Positions 40,363 through 50,479 of a stretch of DNA of 64,000 nucleotides are shown one piece after another. Origin of the DNA: Candidatus Falkowbacteria bacterium (lineage in GTDB: Bacteria; Patescibacteriota; Patescibacteriia; XYB2-FULL-38-15); contig JACRNW010000012.1 of the NCBI GenBank assembly GCA_016214745.1, positions 4,368-68,367 on the forward strand, given 5' to 3'. The translations under genes and the position numbers were made by a program. The notes beneath the pieces were generated by a model. It had not been told where the DNA came from and did no database searches. It saw only the letters and a list, made by a program, of their open reading frames with translations. Positions within the stretch are counted from its first letter, which is position 1, and each line of letters begins with the position of its first letter.

Positions 40363-40477
40363 TGGAATTTTTTATCAATCCTTGCCAAATAAAAAAGGTT
40401 GTGTTAATATGATTAAGTAAATTATTAATGACGGTTCGCTGGGCTACGGAGGGTAGACTCGGCAACCCGTGACAAAA

Positions 40478-40738
40478 ATGTTAGACAAAAAAGCAAAAGA
40501 CAAAATTATTGAAAAGTTTCGAATTCACGAAACTGATACTGGTTCACCGCAGGTGCAGGTCGCCATTTTGACATCAGAGATCAAAGAATTGGTTGAACAC
40601 TTGAAAGAGCACAAAAAAGATTTCTCTTCCCGCCGCGGGTTGCTGAAAAAAGTCGGTGAGCGGCGCAGACTCTTGAAATATCTTGAGAGGGAAGACAAAA
40701 AGGGCCATGCCGAGTTAATGGAGAAATTAAAATTGTAA
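40478..40738 (+). CDS. rpsO: 30S ribosomal protein S15
   Basis: [13 protein letters not shown]…[11 protein letters not shown]. Confidence 0.97.
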   Translation: MLDKKAKDKIIEKFRIHETDTGSPQVQVAILTSEIKELVEHLKEHKKDFSSRRGLLKKVGERRRLLKYLEREDKKGHAELMEKLKL

Positions 40739-40797
40739 AAAATTTAGAGCCCCTCCTCTCGGAGGGGTTTTCGTCTTAAAAATAAGGAGGAAATTTT

Positions 40798-41319
40798 ATG
40801 GTAACTTATAAAGAGCAGCGCGTCGGAGTTTTTATCGACGTGCAAAACATGTATTATTCAGCCAAGAATTTATATAATGCAAAAGTAAATTTTGGTAATA
40901 TTTTAGAAACAGCAGTTGGAAATCGTAAATTAATTCGGGCCATCGCCTATGTTGTAAAAACAAAAACCGGCGAGGAAAAAGTTTTTTTTGAAGCGTTGGA
41001 AAAATTGGGTTTAGAAACCAGAGAAAAAGAATTAATGATTTACGATGGCGCGAAAAAAGCCGATTGGGATGTTGGAATTTGTATTGACTCAATTGCCTTG
41101 GCTGAAAGATTAGACGTCATTGTTATTGTTTCCGGCGACGGCGATTTTATTCCGCTCGTGCAATATTTAAAAATGAATAAAGGATGCCGGGTTGAATCAA
41201 TGGCTTTTCGTGAAACGACATCCACAAAATTAGTAGAAACGGTTGACAATTTTGTTGATTTGAGCCAAGATAAAAGACGGTATTTGATTAGCGGCCGGAC
41301 AAAGAGAACGATTATTTAA
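40798..41319 (+). CDS. NYN domain (LabA/DUF88) protein
   Basis: VFIDVQNMY, KADWDVG, SGDGDF. Confidence 0.9.
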   Translation: MVTYKEQRVGVFIDVQNMYYSAKNLYNAKVNFGNILETAVGNRKLIRAIAYVVKTKTGEEKVFFEALEKLGLETREKELMIYDGAKKADWDVGICIDSIALAERLDVIVIVSGDGDFIPLVQYLKMNKGCRVESMAFRETTSTKLVETVDNFVDLSQDKRRYLISGRTKRTII

Positions 41320-41324
41320 CTAAT

Positions 41325-41433
41325 CTACAAATTACAAATCATTTACAAATATACAAATAATAACGGAACGTGTTTTGTTAGATTAACGCGTCAGCAAGAA
41401 TTTGTATATTTGTATTAAATTCGTAATTTGTAG
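41325..41433. repeat. Palindromic MITE-like element with CTACAAATTACAAAT ends (copy 2)
   Basis: Inverted homolog of 20407-20509. Confidence 0.8.
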
Positions 41434-41515
41434 TAATTTAATTTTTGATCGCCAGACAAGTAGGCTTCTTCTGGGTCACCAGAAGTCTAAAGTTTGGCGG
41501 TCAAAGCAAAAAATT

Positions 41516-43693
41516 ATGGTAAAAAAGTTTGAGTTGGAGTGGGGAGGAAAAAATTTAATTATTGAAACGGGAAAATTCGCCGGCCAGGCCAACGGCAGTT
41601 GCACGGTTCGTTACGGCGACACCTTGGTTTTGGCCACAGCCACAATGTCGGGAAATCAAAGGGAAGGAATTGATTTTTTTCCTTTGATGGTTGAGTACGA
41701 AGAAAAACTTTACGCGGCCGGAAAAATAAAAGGTTCTCGTTTTATAAAACGCGAGGGCCGTCCGACTGACGAAGCGATTTTAACAGCGCGCCTGATTGAT
41801 CGTGCGATCCGGCCGTTTTTTGATGACCGAATGAGAAACGATATTCAGGTAGTACTTTCCACTTTGTCTTGGGATCAGAAAAACGATCCGGATATCCCGG
41901 CTATGGTTGGCGCTTCAGTGGCCCTGATGATATCTGATATTCCCTGGAACGGGCCGATTGCCGCGGCAAGAGTCGGACAGATTAACGGGGAGTGGGTGTT
42001 AAATCCGACCTATGAAGCTCGGACAAAAAGTTCAATGGATGTTGTCGTGGCCGGCACGGAAGAAAAAGTTTGTATGCTTGAGGCCGGAGCGAGCGAAGTT
42101 TTGGAAACGGATGTTTTGGAAGCGATTAAGTTTGGACAGAAGCATTTAAAATCAATTACTAAATTAGTTGAAGCCATTCGCGAAGAAATAGGTAAAACTA
42201 AGATGTCCATTGTGGAAGAAGATCCGGAAGCCGCTTCCGAAAAAGAGGGATTGAAAAATAAAGTTAAAGAATTTTTGCGCGAAAAACTTGCGAGTTGTCT
42301 TTTTGACAGTAAAAAAGAAAGTAAAGCTTCGCGCCAGGAAGTTTTGGATAAGCTGGAAAAAGAATTGGAAGAATATTTAAAAGAGGAAGGGATTGGAAAA
42401 GATCGCCGAAAGGACGCCATGGGTTTTTTCTACGGAATTGTTGAAGAGGAAATCAGCCGGGTAATTTTGGAAAAAGAATTGCGGGTTGATTGCCGTGCCT
42501 TAACCGAGATTAGACCGCTCGCCGCTGAAGTGGCGTTGTTGCCCCGAACTCATGGTTCAGGATATTTTACTCGCGGTGATACGCACGTCTTGTCCGCGGT
42601 GACTTTGGGTTCGCCGGCGGACGAGCAGACTTTGGATGGGATGGAAGTTTCCGGCAAAAAAAGATTTATGCATCATTATAATTTTCCGCCCTTTTCTGTT
42701 GGTGAGGCTTCGCCGATGCGCGGACCGGGCCGGCGGGAAATTGGTCATGGCGCTCTCGCAGAACGCGCTCTTCTTCCGGTTTTGCCAAAAACGGAAATTT
42801 TCCCTTACACCATTCGCGTTGTCTCTGAAGTTTTAAGTTCCAACGGTTCTTCTTCCATGGCTTCGACCTGCGCTTCAACGTTGGCTTTGATGGATGCGGG
42901 CGTGCCGATTCACGCTCCGGTAGCGGGCATTGCCATGGGTTTGGCTTCGGACGAAAAAGGAAATTATAGAGTTTTGACAGATCTGCAAGACCTGGAAGAC
43001 AGCAAGGGCGGCATGGATTTTAAAATCGCCGGCACGAGAACGGGAATTACCGCCATTCAGATGGATACCAAAACTTTGGGATTGACCATGGAAATGGTGG
43101 AAAAAACTTTGGGGCAGGGTCGGGAAGCGAGAATGAAAATTTTGGACGTGATGGAGAGCGCGATTGCCACGCCGCGTCCGGAACTTTCGCCATACGCGCC
43201 GAGAATTATTTCTTTCAAAATTAATCCAGACAGAATTCGCGACGTCATTGGTCCTGGTGGAAAAATTATTAATGAGATTATTGATAACACGGGCGTTTCA
43301 ATTGATATTGCGAACGACGGGACAGTAGTAATTTGTTCGTCCCAGCCGCCGTCGCTTGATAAAGCCGTGGCTTGGGTTAAAAGTTTGACGCAGGAAGCTG
43401 AAGTCGGAGAAATTTATCAAGGGCCAGTCACGCGCATTCTTGATTTCGGCGCCTTCGTGGAAATTTTTCCGCACAAAGATGGACTAGTCCATATCTCGGA
43501 ACTCGCGCCGTACCGCGTAGACAAGGTAACCGACATTGTTAAAATCGGCGATGTTGTCCGAGTGAAAGTTATTAAGGTTGATGAACAGGGCAGAGTCGAT
43601 CTTTCCATAAAACGATTGCAAGAAAATGGAGATAAAAACGGCGGGCACGACCGAGACAATACGCGACCGAGAAACGATCGGCCAAGAAGATAG
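41516..43693 (+). CDS. pnp: Polyribonucleotide nucleotidyltransferase
   Basis: FFPLMVEYEEK, RREIGHG, SNGSSSMAS, KH and S1 domains; ATG 41516. Confidence 0.97.
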   Translation: MVKKFELEWGGKNLIIETGKFAGQANGSCTVRYGDTLVLATATMSGNQREGIDFFPLMVEYEEKLYAAGKIKGSRFIKREGRPTDEAILTARLIDRAIRPFFDDRMRNDIQVVLSTLSWDQKNDPDIPAMVGASVALMISDIPWNGPIAAARVGQINGEWVLNPTYEARTKSSMDVVVAGTEEKVCMLEAGASEVLETDVLEAIKFGQKHLKSITKLVEAIREEIGKTKMSIVEEDPEAASEKEGLKNKVKEFLREKLASCLFDSKKESKASRQEVLDKLEKELEEYLKEEGIGKDRRKDAMGFFYGIVEEEISRVILEKELRVDCRALTEIRPLAAEVALLPRTHGSGYFTRGDTHVLSAVTLGSPADEQTLDGMEVSGKKRFMHHYNFPPFSVGEASPMRGPGRREIGHGALAERALLPVLPKTEIFPYTIRVVSEVLSSNGSSSMASTCASTLALMDAGVPIHAPVAGIAMGLASDEKGNYRVLTDLQDLEDSKGGMDFKIAGTRTGITAIQMDTKTLGLTMEMVEKTLGQGREARMKILDVMESAIATPRPELSPYAPRIISFKINPDRIRDVIGPGGKIINEIIDNTGVSIDIANDGTVVICSSQPPSLDKAVAWVKSLTQEAEVGEIYQGPVTRILDFGAFVEIFPHKDGLVHISELAPYRVDKVTDIVKIGDVVRVKVIKVDEQGRVDLSIKRLQENGDKNGGHDRDNTRPRNDRPRR

Positions 43694-43786
43694 GGCAAGC
43701 CCTTTCCCTTTTTGTTTGGGTTAAATAAAAGTAATATTTATTTTACCCCCCGTCATCGGTTAGTTAGAAATAATTCTGGCAAACTA

Positions 43787-44893
43787 ATGTTTTTTGAATT
43801 CTTCAAAAAAAATAGAACGAAAACCTTGCTGTGCGCGGCAGGGTTTTTGGTTATCGCAGGGCTTGTAGGATTTTCTTTTTGGTTTTATTTTAATTTTTTG
43901 AAAAGCGAGGAAGCATTTTTGGAAGTTGTGCCGGCTGATGCGGCAGTCTATTGGCATAGTGATTCTGGCCGAGGCGCGGATGATGCTTGGCTTTGGGCAA
44001 TGTCCCGGGCAACGCTTTCTCACGAAGCGGCAGACCAGACTAATTTTTTGGAAGAATTTTTGGCGCCGGAGACAAGTGAAATGGGTTTTGTGATTCTGCC
44101 GGACTTTGCGGACTTTGTTTTTTTCGGCCGGGTTGACGCTCCGAAATTTAATTTACTGAGGAGTAAATTAGAAGAACAAAATTATCATTATATTTTTGAA
44201 GACGGCAACAGAGCGATAATTTCAAGCACAAGGTCTGGTCTTGGAGAGGCGGTCGCAGTTTTAAGCCAAGAAAAATCATCTATGGCCGATCAGAAAATGA
44301 AATTGATGTCCTTTAACAGAGCAAGGCGCCGTTCGTCAGCTCAAATTTATTTTGGAGAAAATTTTAAAATAGATGATTTCCGCGCCATGTCCTGGAATTC
44401 TGATTTTTGGTCGAGCAATAAATTAACTATAGCCGCGAAAAGGGGAGCAGAGGTCGGTTTAGATGTCGCTGATTTTGATTTTTTGGCCGTTTCAGACGAT
44501 GAGTACCTTAAAGAGAACATGGAAAAAATTCTGAAAGACGATTTGGCCGTACTTTTGCCGGAAATTCGTGAGAAAATTTTGCCCGATAAGACTGTAGTCA
44601 AGGAACTTTTGGCCAACCCTGACGCTTTTTTGTTTGAAGACAAGAAGATTGGCGTTTTTTTGGTTCATTATCTTTTTGTGTCGGCCATAAATCAAGAGTT
44701 TTTGGTTGGAGAGGAGCGTCAGAAAGTAATTATCAGCAATTCAACCGGAATGTTTGAGAATTTTTTGGCTGATTCGGTTCGCCGGCCGGATTATTACGGA
44801 AAAAATTTGATAGAGTTGATTTTAGGCGGGTTAAAATGGCTGACAGCGGATTTTAATGGAGTAATTTTTGAAATTAATGTGGATAACCTGTGA
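43787..44893 (+). CDS. Hypothetical protein with an N-terminal membrane anchor
   Basis: Long ORF with host-like composition; one TM helix. Confidence 0.65.
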   Translation: MFFEFFKKNRTKTLLCAAGFLVIAGLVGFSFWFYFNFLKSEEAFLEVVPADAAVYWHSDSGRGADDAWLWAMSRATLSHEAADQTNFLEEFLAPETSEMGFVILPDFADFVFFGRVDAPKFNLLRSKLEEQNYHYIFEDGNRAIISSTRSGLGEAVAVLSQEKSSMADQKMKLMSFNRARRRSSAQIYFGENFKIDDFRAMSWNSDFWSSNKLTIAAKRGAEVGLDVADFDFLAVSDDEYLKENMEKILKDDLAVLLPEIREKILPDKTVVKELLANPDAFLFEDKKIGVFLVHYLFVSAINQEFLVGEERQKVIISNSTGMFENFLADSVRRPDYYGKNLIELILGGLKWLTADFNGVIFEINVDNL

Positions 44894-44920
44894 ACAAGAA
44901 TATCGTTCTTCTGGGGATAA
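44878..44920. promoter_or_regulatory. Three co-oriented DnaA-box-like 9-mers
   Basis: TGTGGATAA (consensus), TGTGAACAA, TGGGGATAA. Confidence 0.4.
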
Positions 44921-44980
44921 CTGGCCATTAATTTTAAACAACAAAATGATTTTTCTTTTAAATAAGCCAAAGTTTTAGGA

Positions 44981-45010
44981 TTGACAAGAAGGCTTATTTC
45001 ATGATATAAT
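44981..45010 (+). promoter_or_regulatory. Sigma70-type promoter
   Basis: TTGACA-18 nt-TATAAT. Confidence 0.7.
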
Positions 45011-45019
45011 ATCTATAGA

Positions 45020-45334
45020 ACATTGAAATCAGAGACGTTTGGCAGAAAGATCGGCCAAATTTCTCTCTTCTCTACTTTTCGTCAAAGGTTCTCAGCTGGC
45101 AGAACCTGACTCTAAAACAAAAACAAAAATTACATTTTCGGTGGGGTTCTCGCGAACTTCACCATAAGAATGGTAGAGGGGCCTTTCGCTTTGAAGTCAG
45201 CAAAAAGCGTTCCTTCCCCCAAGACCGGTATCTCTTTAATCCTCTCCGGAGGACAAAAGGGTGTGTCAAGGGGGCATAAGGGCGCAACGGCCATTTATTA
45301 ATTATATTATATAAGGGCGCAGTTGCGCCCTTTT
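45020..45334 (+). ncRNA. Candidate structured ncRNA of about 300 nt, family unassigned
   Basis: No ORF in the track; consecutive hairpins between a consensus promoter and the AAGGGCGCAGTTGCGCCCTTTT terminator. Confidence 0.5.
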
Positions 45335-45497
45335 AAAGTTGAGCGAAGTCCCCCGATAAATCGGGGACGAAGCGAAATCCCGAGCAGAGCGAGGGATCCC
45401 ATGAACACTTGAAAAAACTTGCCTATTCATATATACTTAATTTAAAGAGTTTATCATTAAATAAACGCGAAAATCGTTAAAGTTAAATGGCAATTAT

Positions 45498-45884
45498 ATG
45501 GCAGTCAAAAACAATCTTGATAAAGAATTTTTAAAGAAAATTGAAAATCAACTTTTGGCGGAAAGGGCGCGCTTGGAAAAGGAGTTGGCTCAATTCACCA
45601 AAAAGAATCCGCATAACGCGTCTGACTACGACGCTAATTTTCCGACGATCGGCGACGCGGAAGACGAAAATGCGGCCGAGGTTGCCGTCTATAGCGATAA
45701 TCTGACCTTGGAGCGAACGCTTGAGTCTGCTTTGCGCGATGTCAATGGCGCCCTGAAACGCATTGAAGACGGAACTTATGGGATTTGTCGTTATTGCGGC
45801 AAACCAATTGATCCAAAACGATTAGAGGCGCGTCCAGCTTCTTCCGCCTGCATGGAATGTAAATCAAAGTTTAGCGGAAAATAA
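45498..45884 (+). CDS. TraR/DksA C4 zinc-finger protein
   Basis: DAEDENA…ALKRIEDGTYGICRYCGKPIDPKRLEARP…CMEC. Confidence 0.92.
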   Translation: MAVKNNLDKEFLKKIENQLLAERARLEKELAQFTKKNPHNASDYDANFPTIGDAEDENAAEVAVYSDNLTLERTLESALRDVNGALKRIEDGTYGICRYCGKPIDPKRLEARPASSACMECKSKFSGK

Positions 45885-45895
45885 CACGGGAAGCG

Positions 45896-46363
45896 ATGAA
45901 TTTAACCTTTGCTAAAAAAATGATGCTTATCAACTTTCTGATAAGCATTTTGTTTTTGGCCGACCGATTGGCTAAGTGGTGCGCTCTCGGAATTTCCGAA
46001 GGAGGCGTTTTTTTATTTTCGGAAAAATTTGTCGGCCTGCGTTTCTATAAAAATTTTAATTTGATTTTTAATATCGCTTTACCAGAGATTCTGATGTACG
46101 GACTGATCAGCATAATTTTGGCGGTGCTCGCCTGGCTGCTTATAAAAAATTATCGGCAGAAAAATATTTTTTTAATTTTCTCCTTTAGTTTAATTATTGC
46201 CGGGGCGGTGAGTAATCTAATTGATCGGCTGTATTTTGGTTTTGTAATTGATTTTATAAGTTTTTTTGATTATTCAGTTTTTAATTTATCCGACGTTTAT
46301 ATTATTGGTGGCGTGGGATTAATTTTTATCAGAGAATTTTTTTTAAAAAATAAAAATTTATAG
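45896..46363 (+). CDS. lspA: Lipoprotein signal peptidase II
   Basis: GAVSNLIDR…VIDF…VFNLSD. Confidence 0.85.
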   Translation: MNLTFAKKMMLINFLISILFLADRLAKWCALGISEGGVFLFSEKFVGLRFYKNFNLIFNIALPEILMYGLISIILAVLAWLLIKNYRQKNIFLIFSFSLIIAGAVSNLIDRLYFGFVIDFISFFDYSVFNLSDVYIIGGVGLIFIREFFLKNKNL

Positions 46364-46372
46364 TTCTTGAAC

Positions 46373-47974
46373 ATGTCTTCAAAAATATTATCGGCGGCGA
46401 TTGTCGGATTGGACGCGGAGCTCGTTGAAGTAGAGGCTGATATTTCGCCGGGACTTAGTCATTTTACAATTGTTGGCCTGCCGGACATGGCCGTGCAAGA
46501 ATCGCGCGAGCGGGTTCGGGCAGCCATTAAAAATAGTAATCTCCCGTTTCCGAGAACTCGCGTTACGGTAAATTTGGCACCGGCTGATTTAAAAAAAGAG
46601 GGCCCGTCTTATGATTTGCCCATCGCGATTGCAATTCTTTTAGCTTCACATTTTTTGAAAATGCCGGAAAAGACAAGAGAGACAGGCGGAGAAAATCTTG
46701 AACTCTTGGCAAGCGCAAAACCCGACTCCATTCTTTGTTGTTTCGACGCTCTCTTTGTCGGCGAGTTGGCTCTGGACGGAGTAGTGAGGCCGGTAAATGG
46801 AATGTTGGCCATTGCCGCGGCCGCCCGCGCCCGCGGTATAAAAATATTGTGTGTTCCCGAGGCAAACGCTCGGGAAGCGAGTTTGATTGAAGGTCTGGAA
46901 ATTATTCCGATAAAAAATTTATTTCAGTTGGTTGAACATTTAGCCGGAAAAAATTTAATTCCATTATTTTCCCGCGAAAAACCGTTTGATTTTGGCGATA
47001 CTGGTTTGGTCGATGAAGAAAACTTTGATATGGCCTACGTCCGCGGACAGGAATATGCCAAGCGCGCCCTGGAAATCGTGGCTGCCGGAGGTCATAATCT
47101 TTTGATGTCCGGTCCGCCGGGTTCGGGGAAAACCTTACTTTCAAAAACACTGCCTTCAATTTTGCCTTCACTTACGATTGATGAAGCGCTTGAAGTAACG
47201 CGAATTTATTCGGTTGCCGGCCTTCTGCCGCCGGACCAGCCGCTTATGATTCGCCGGCCGTTTCGAAGTCCGCACCATACCGCCTCAAATGTTTCGCTTG
47301 TGGGCGGCGGCGCTTGGCCGCGGCCGGGCGAAGTGAGTTTGTCTCATCGCGGCGTTTTATTTTTGGACGAACTCCCCGAATTCAGCCGCGCCGTGCTTGA
47401 AAGTTTGCGCCAACCTCTGGAAGACGGCGTAGTTACAATTTCTCGCGCCGCGGGCAGTCTGCAGTTTCCGGCAAAATTCATTTTAGTGGCGGCGCGGAAT
47501 CCCTGCCCCTGCGGCTACAACACCGATCCGGAAAAATTTTGTACCTGTTCACCATCGGCAATTTTACGTTATCAGAAAAAAATTTCCGGACCGCTCCTGG
47601 ACAGAATTGATTTGCACATTGAAGTGCCGCGGGTAAAATTTGAAAAATTGGCTGAAGAAAAAGTAGCGGAAAGTTCAGCGGAAATAAAAAAACGGGCGGA
47701 GCGAGCGCGAAATTTGCAGCGAGCGAGATATAAGGGTTACAAAATTATGACCAACGCCGAGCTTCCCTCCAAATTAATTAAAGATTTTTGCCAGATTGAC
47801 GGAGCGAGTCAGGATTTCTTAAAAAATGCGGTGAATCAGATGCGTTTATCGGCTCGCGCTTATTATCGTTTGTTAAAAATTTCCCGGACAATTGCCGATT
47901 TATCGGGTGAAGAAAAAATTTTACTGCCGCACGTGGCCGAGGCGCTGCAATATCGAGCAAAGGCGGCGGAGTAA
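46373..47974 (+). CDS. comM: YifB/ComM Mg-chelatase-like AAA+ ATPase
   Basis: VGLPDMAVQESRER, GPPGSGKT, PFRSPHH, ISGPLLDRID. Confidence 0.92.
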   Translation: MSSKILSAAIVGLDAELVEVEADISPGLSHFTIVGLPDMAVQESRERVRAAIKNSNLPFPRTRVTVNLAPADLKKEGPSYDLPIAIAILLASHFLKMPEKTRETGGENLELLASAKPDSILCCFDALFVGELALDGVVRPVNGMLAIAAAARARGIKILCVPEANAREASLIEGLEIIPIKNLFQLVEHLAGKNLIPLFSREKPFDFGDTGLVDEENFDMAYVRGQEYAKRALEIVAAGGHNLLMSGPPGSGKTLLSKTLPSILPSLTIDEALEVTRIYSVAGLLPPDQPLMIRRPFRSPHHTASNVSLVGGGAWPRPGEVSLSHRGVLFLDELPEFSRAVLESLRQPLEDGVVTISRAAGSLQFPAKFILVAARNPCPCGYNTDPEKFCTCSPSAILRYQKKISGPLLDRIDLHIEVPRVKFEKLAEEKVAESSAEIKKRAERARNLQRARYKGYKIMTNAELPSKLIKDFCQIDGASQDFLKNAVNQMRLSARAYYRLLKISRTIADLSGEEKILLPHVAEALQYRAKAAE

Positions 47975-48037
47975 AAGTTATAAGTTTTATAAAATAAAAA
48001 AACGAACTTTTGGCAAGCTCGTTTTTTTTGAGTCTTT

Positions 48038-49399
48038 TTATTTTATGTAATTTAACGGATTATACACTTTGCCATTAATTCTAACTTCAAAGTGCAAGTG
48101 AGGGCCAGTGGAACGGCCGGTTGAACCCTCTAATCCGATTTTTTGTCCTCTTTCAATAGTGTCTCCATCTTCAACCAGAATTGTAGTCATGTGTCCGTAA
48201 AGAGTTACTACTCCTCCGCCGTGATTAACCATGACGTTATGTCCGTAACCGGAGTTCAGATACTGAACGCGAATAACCACGCCGTCATCGGCGGCAAGAA
48301 TAGGTGTGCCGGCTGGGCAGGCGATATCAACGCCGGTGTGGCGCCAGCCAAAATATTGAGAAATGCGGCTGCAGCCATTGGGCCAGAGCATTTTTCCGCT
48401 CGTAGGAACGGGACCATACGAAGGAATATTCACGGTATTTCTGCCGGCGACAGATGGTCGCGGGGCCGGAGCTGGTGCCGGAACCTTTCCGTCCGGTACT
48501 ATTATATATTCGCCGACTTTGATATCACTTGCATCGGGTAATGCGTTAAATTCCAAAACTTTTTCCGCATCGGTGTTGTAGTATTTAGCAATTTTTTCTA
48601 CAGTGTCGCCGGTTTTTACTTGATGCAGTACGCCGCTCGTCGGCAAAATTACGAGTTTGTCGCCCGGACGGATTGTACTCGTGCTCGTGAGTTTGTTGGC
48701 CCAGAGGATCGTGGTTACGCCGATATTAAATTTTTCCGCGATAGTGCCAATCGTGTCGCCGCCTTCAACTTGATATTCAATGACTTTGGTTCGGCTGTTG
48801 GAATTTATACTTGAAGGAAGATTGGGGTTTAAAAGTGTGCTGTTGTCTCCGATTGAAGCGATTGGCAAATCGCCGGAAAAGTCGTCATTCCCCAGAGCTG
48901 CAGCTGGCAGCGGCATGCCGATATCAGATTCCAAATAACTTACAGTTTTGATGTTACTTTGGTCAGCCGTTTCTTGGATGAAATCATTTAATTCTGAGTC
49001 GCTGTTGTAGGATAAAGTGTAGAGGATACTTTTTTGACCGATCTGTTCAGAATTTTCGAGCGAGGCCGCTTTGGCATTTAAACTTGAAGCCACGGAGAGA
49101 AGAGTAATTAAGGCTATAACCGTGTGGGTGATATAGCGGCGGGTGAAGGGATAAATAATTTTAACTTTAATCGGCGCGTAAATTTTATCCCACCAGCGAA
49201 TTTTTATAAAAAGGGCGATTTTGTAGATTTTTACCGCAAATGAAAAAAGGACAGTTTTACCGAACCATTGTAATGGTTTTGCGACTGTCCAAGTCAGGAT
49301 AAAAACGATTAAATTTTTTAAATGAATCAGACCGCCCAAAAAGCCAACCAGAATCTTGATGCCCATCTTTTTCAGCAAGAATAAAGCATTTTGTGCCAT
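48038..49399 (-). CDS. LysM-domain M23 metallopeptidase
   Basis: Two LysM repeats; HTGVD, YGH, STGPHLHFE. Confidence 0.92.
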   Translation of the reverse strand: MAQNALFLLKKMGIKILVGFLGGLIHLKNLIVFILTWTVAKPLQWFGKTVLFSFAVKIYKIALFIKIRWWDKIYAPIKVKIIYPFTRRYITHTVIALITLLSVASSLNAKAASLENSEQIGQKSILYTLSYNSDSELNDFIQETADQSNIKTVSYLESDIGMPLPAAALGNDDFSGDLPIASIGDNSTLLNPNLPSSINSNSRTKVIEYQVEGGDTIGTIAEKFNIGVTTILWANKLTSTSTIRPGDKLVILPTSGVLHQVKTGDTVEKIAKYYNTDAEKVLEFNALPDASDIKVGEYIIVPDGKVPAPAPAPRPSVAGRNTVNIPSYGPVPTSGKMLWPNGCSRISQYFGWRHTGVDIACPAGTPILAADDGVVIRVQYLNSGYGHNVMVNHGGGVVTLYGHMTTILVEDGDTIERGQKIGLEGSTGRSTGPHLHFEVRINGKVYNPLNYIK

Positions 49400-49402
49400 A
49401 CA

Positions 49403-49532
49403 CCCCGTTAGAAATCTGTTAAGAATTAAATTACAGATTAAGCGAGAAAAGGTGCGTTTTTATTTAAGTCCCGTCAAAACGGACGCAGAGAAAAATCGTT
49501 AAATTTTTCTCTGCCAAGGATTTCTAACGGGG
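49403..49532. repeat. MITE-like element (copy 3), 3 nt from the M23 gene start codon
   Basis: CCCCGTTAGAAATC…GATTTCTAACGGGG. Confidence 0.8.
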
Positions 49533-49810
49533 TAAATAATTCAATTGTAATCATACCAGAAAGGGGGTGGCGTGTCAATCTCGGCGACAAGCCGGGTTGA
49601 CAAAATGGTTAAAATGTGTTATTCTAAATTGTTAGTAAAATTGGTCTTTTAAACTTATTCTTAGCCTTATTTTGGCGGTTTTATGACCATCAAAACAAGG
49701 CTGGGAGTGGTTTCCCGGCTGTTCTTGCCTTCCGGCGAATCGGACAAGGTGTCTGGCAATGGTGCCGAGTGCTTTGTTTGACTACCGGCGGGTGAGGGAG
49801 GAAAGAGACG

Positions 49811-50479
49811 ATGGCAAGGGCGACGATTAGTCAGGTGCACGAACTGGGGGAGCAGATCAGGCGCGGGCAGATTCCGGCGTGGAAGGTGAGGATCGTTTTC
49901 GGGCTTTCCGAAAAGGAAACGGAAACGCCGTTCCACATGTTCCTCAGCCTGGTAAAGGCCGCCAAGGCCGAGATCGTCTCGGCCGAGCAGATGCAGATGA
50001 TCCTCGAGGGAAGGTGCGAATCCTTCGGGATTTTCAAGGTGACGGTGGATTACGGTCTCACTCTCTCCGAGATGATCGCCGCTGGCCGTTATGACGTCGT
50101 AGACAGCTACATCACTACCGAGTATTTCCCTGTGACCGGCAAGGGGAGGGTAGAGCGCGAGGTCGTCGCGGTTTACCTGAATCGTGAAGTAAAGGACGGT
50201 GATGTCATCGCCGAGCTCGCCCTTCGCGGTTTCCGGCCCGCCAAGATCGAGGATCTTCTTGCTTTGAGCGCACTGCATCCCGATTTTCGGGAAGGATTTC
50301 CGACGACGGTGCTTGGTCCTAAGGGAGATCTGAGCGGTGATCGCGGCTGTTTCTACACGTGTCACGGTCTGACTGAGGGCATGTGGGTCTTGGCTCACGG
50401 CTGGTTCAATCTCCGCCTGTGCGTTCCCTGCTGGGGGAAGTCCTGTCGGTTTCTGGCCGTCCGCAAGGACGCTGCGTAG
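49811..50479 (+). CDS. GC-rich DGR-target-like protein
   Basis: GGGAGG SD; C-terminal W…RFLAVRK resembles the target's W…RLLRRK; promoter and leader homologous to the DGR target's. Confidence 0.65.
   Translation: MARATISQVHELGEQIRRGQIPAWKVRIVFGLSEKETETPFHMFLSLVKAAKAEIVSAEQMQMILEGRCESFGIFKVTVDYGLTLSEMIAAGRYDVVDSYITTEYFPVTGKGRVEREVVAVYLNREVKDGDVIAELALRGFRPAKIEDLLALSALHPDFREGFPTTVLGPKGDLSGDRGCFYTCHGLTEGMWVLAHGWFNLRLCVPCWGKSCRFLAVRKDAA

Noticed and set aside
44878-44980. Replication origin
   Set aside because: Only one perfect DnaA box, no dnaA/dnaN nearby, and skew cannot be assessed here
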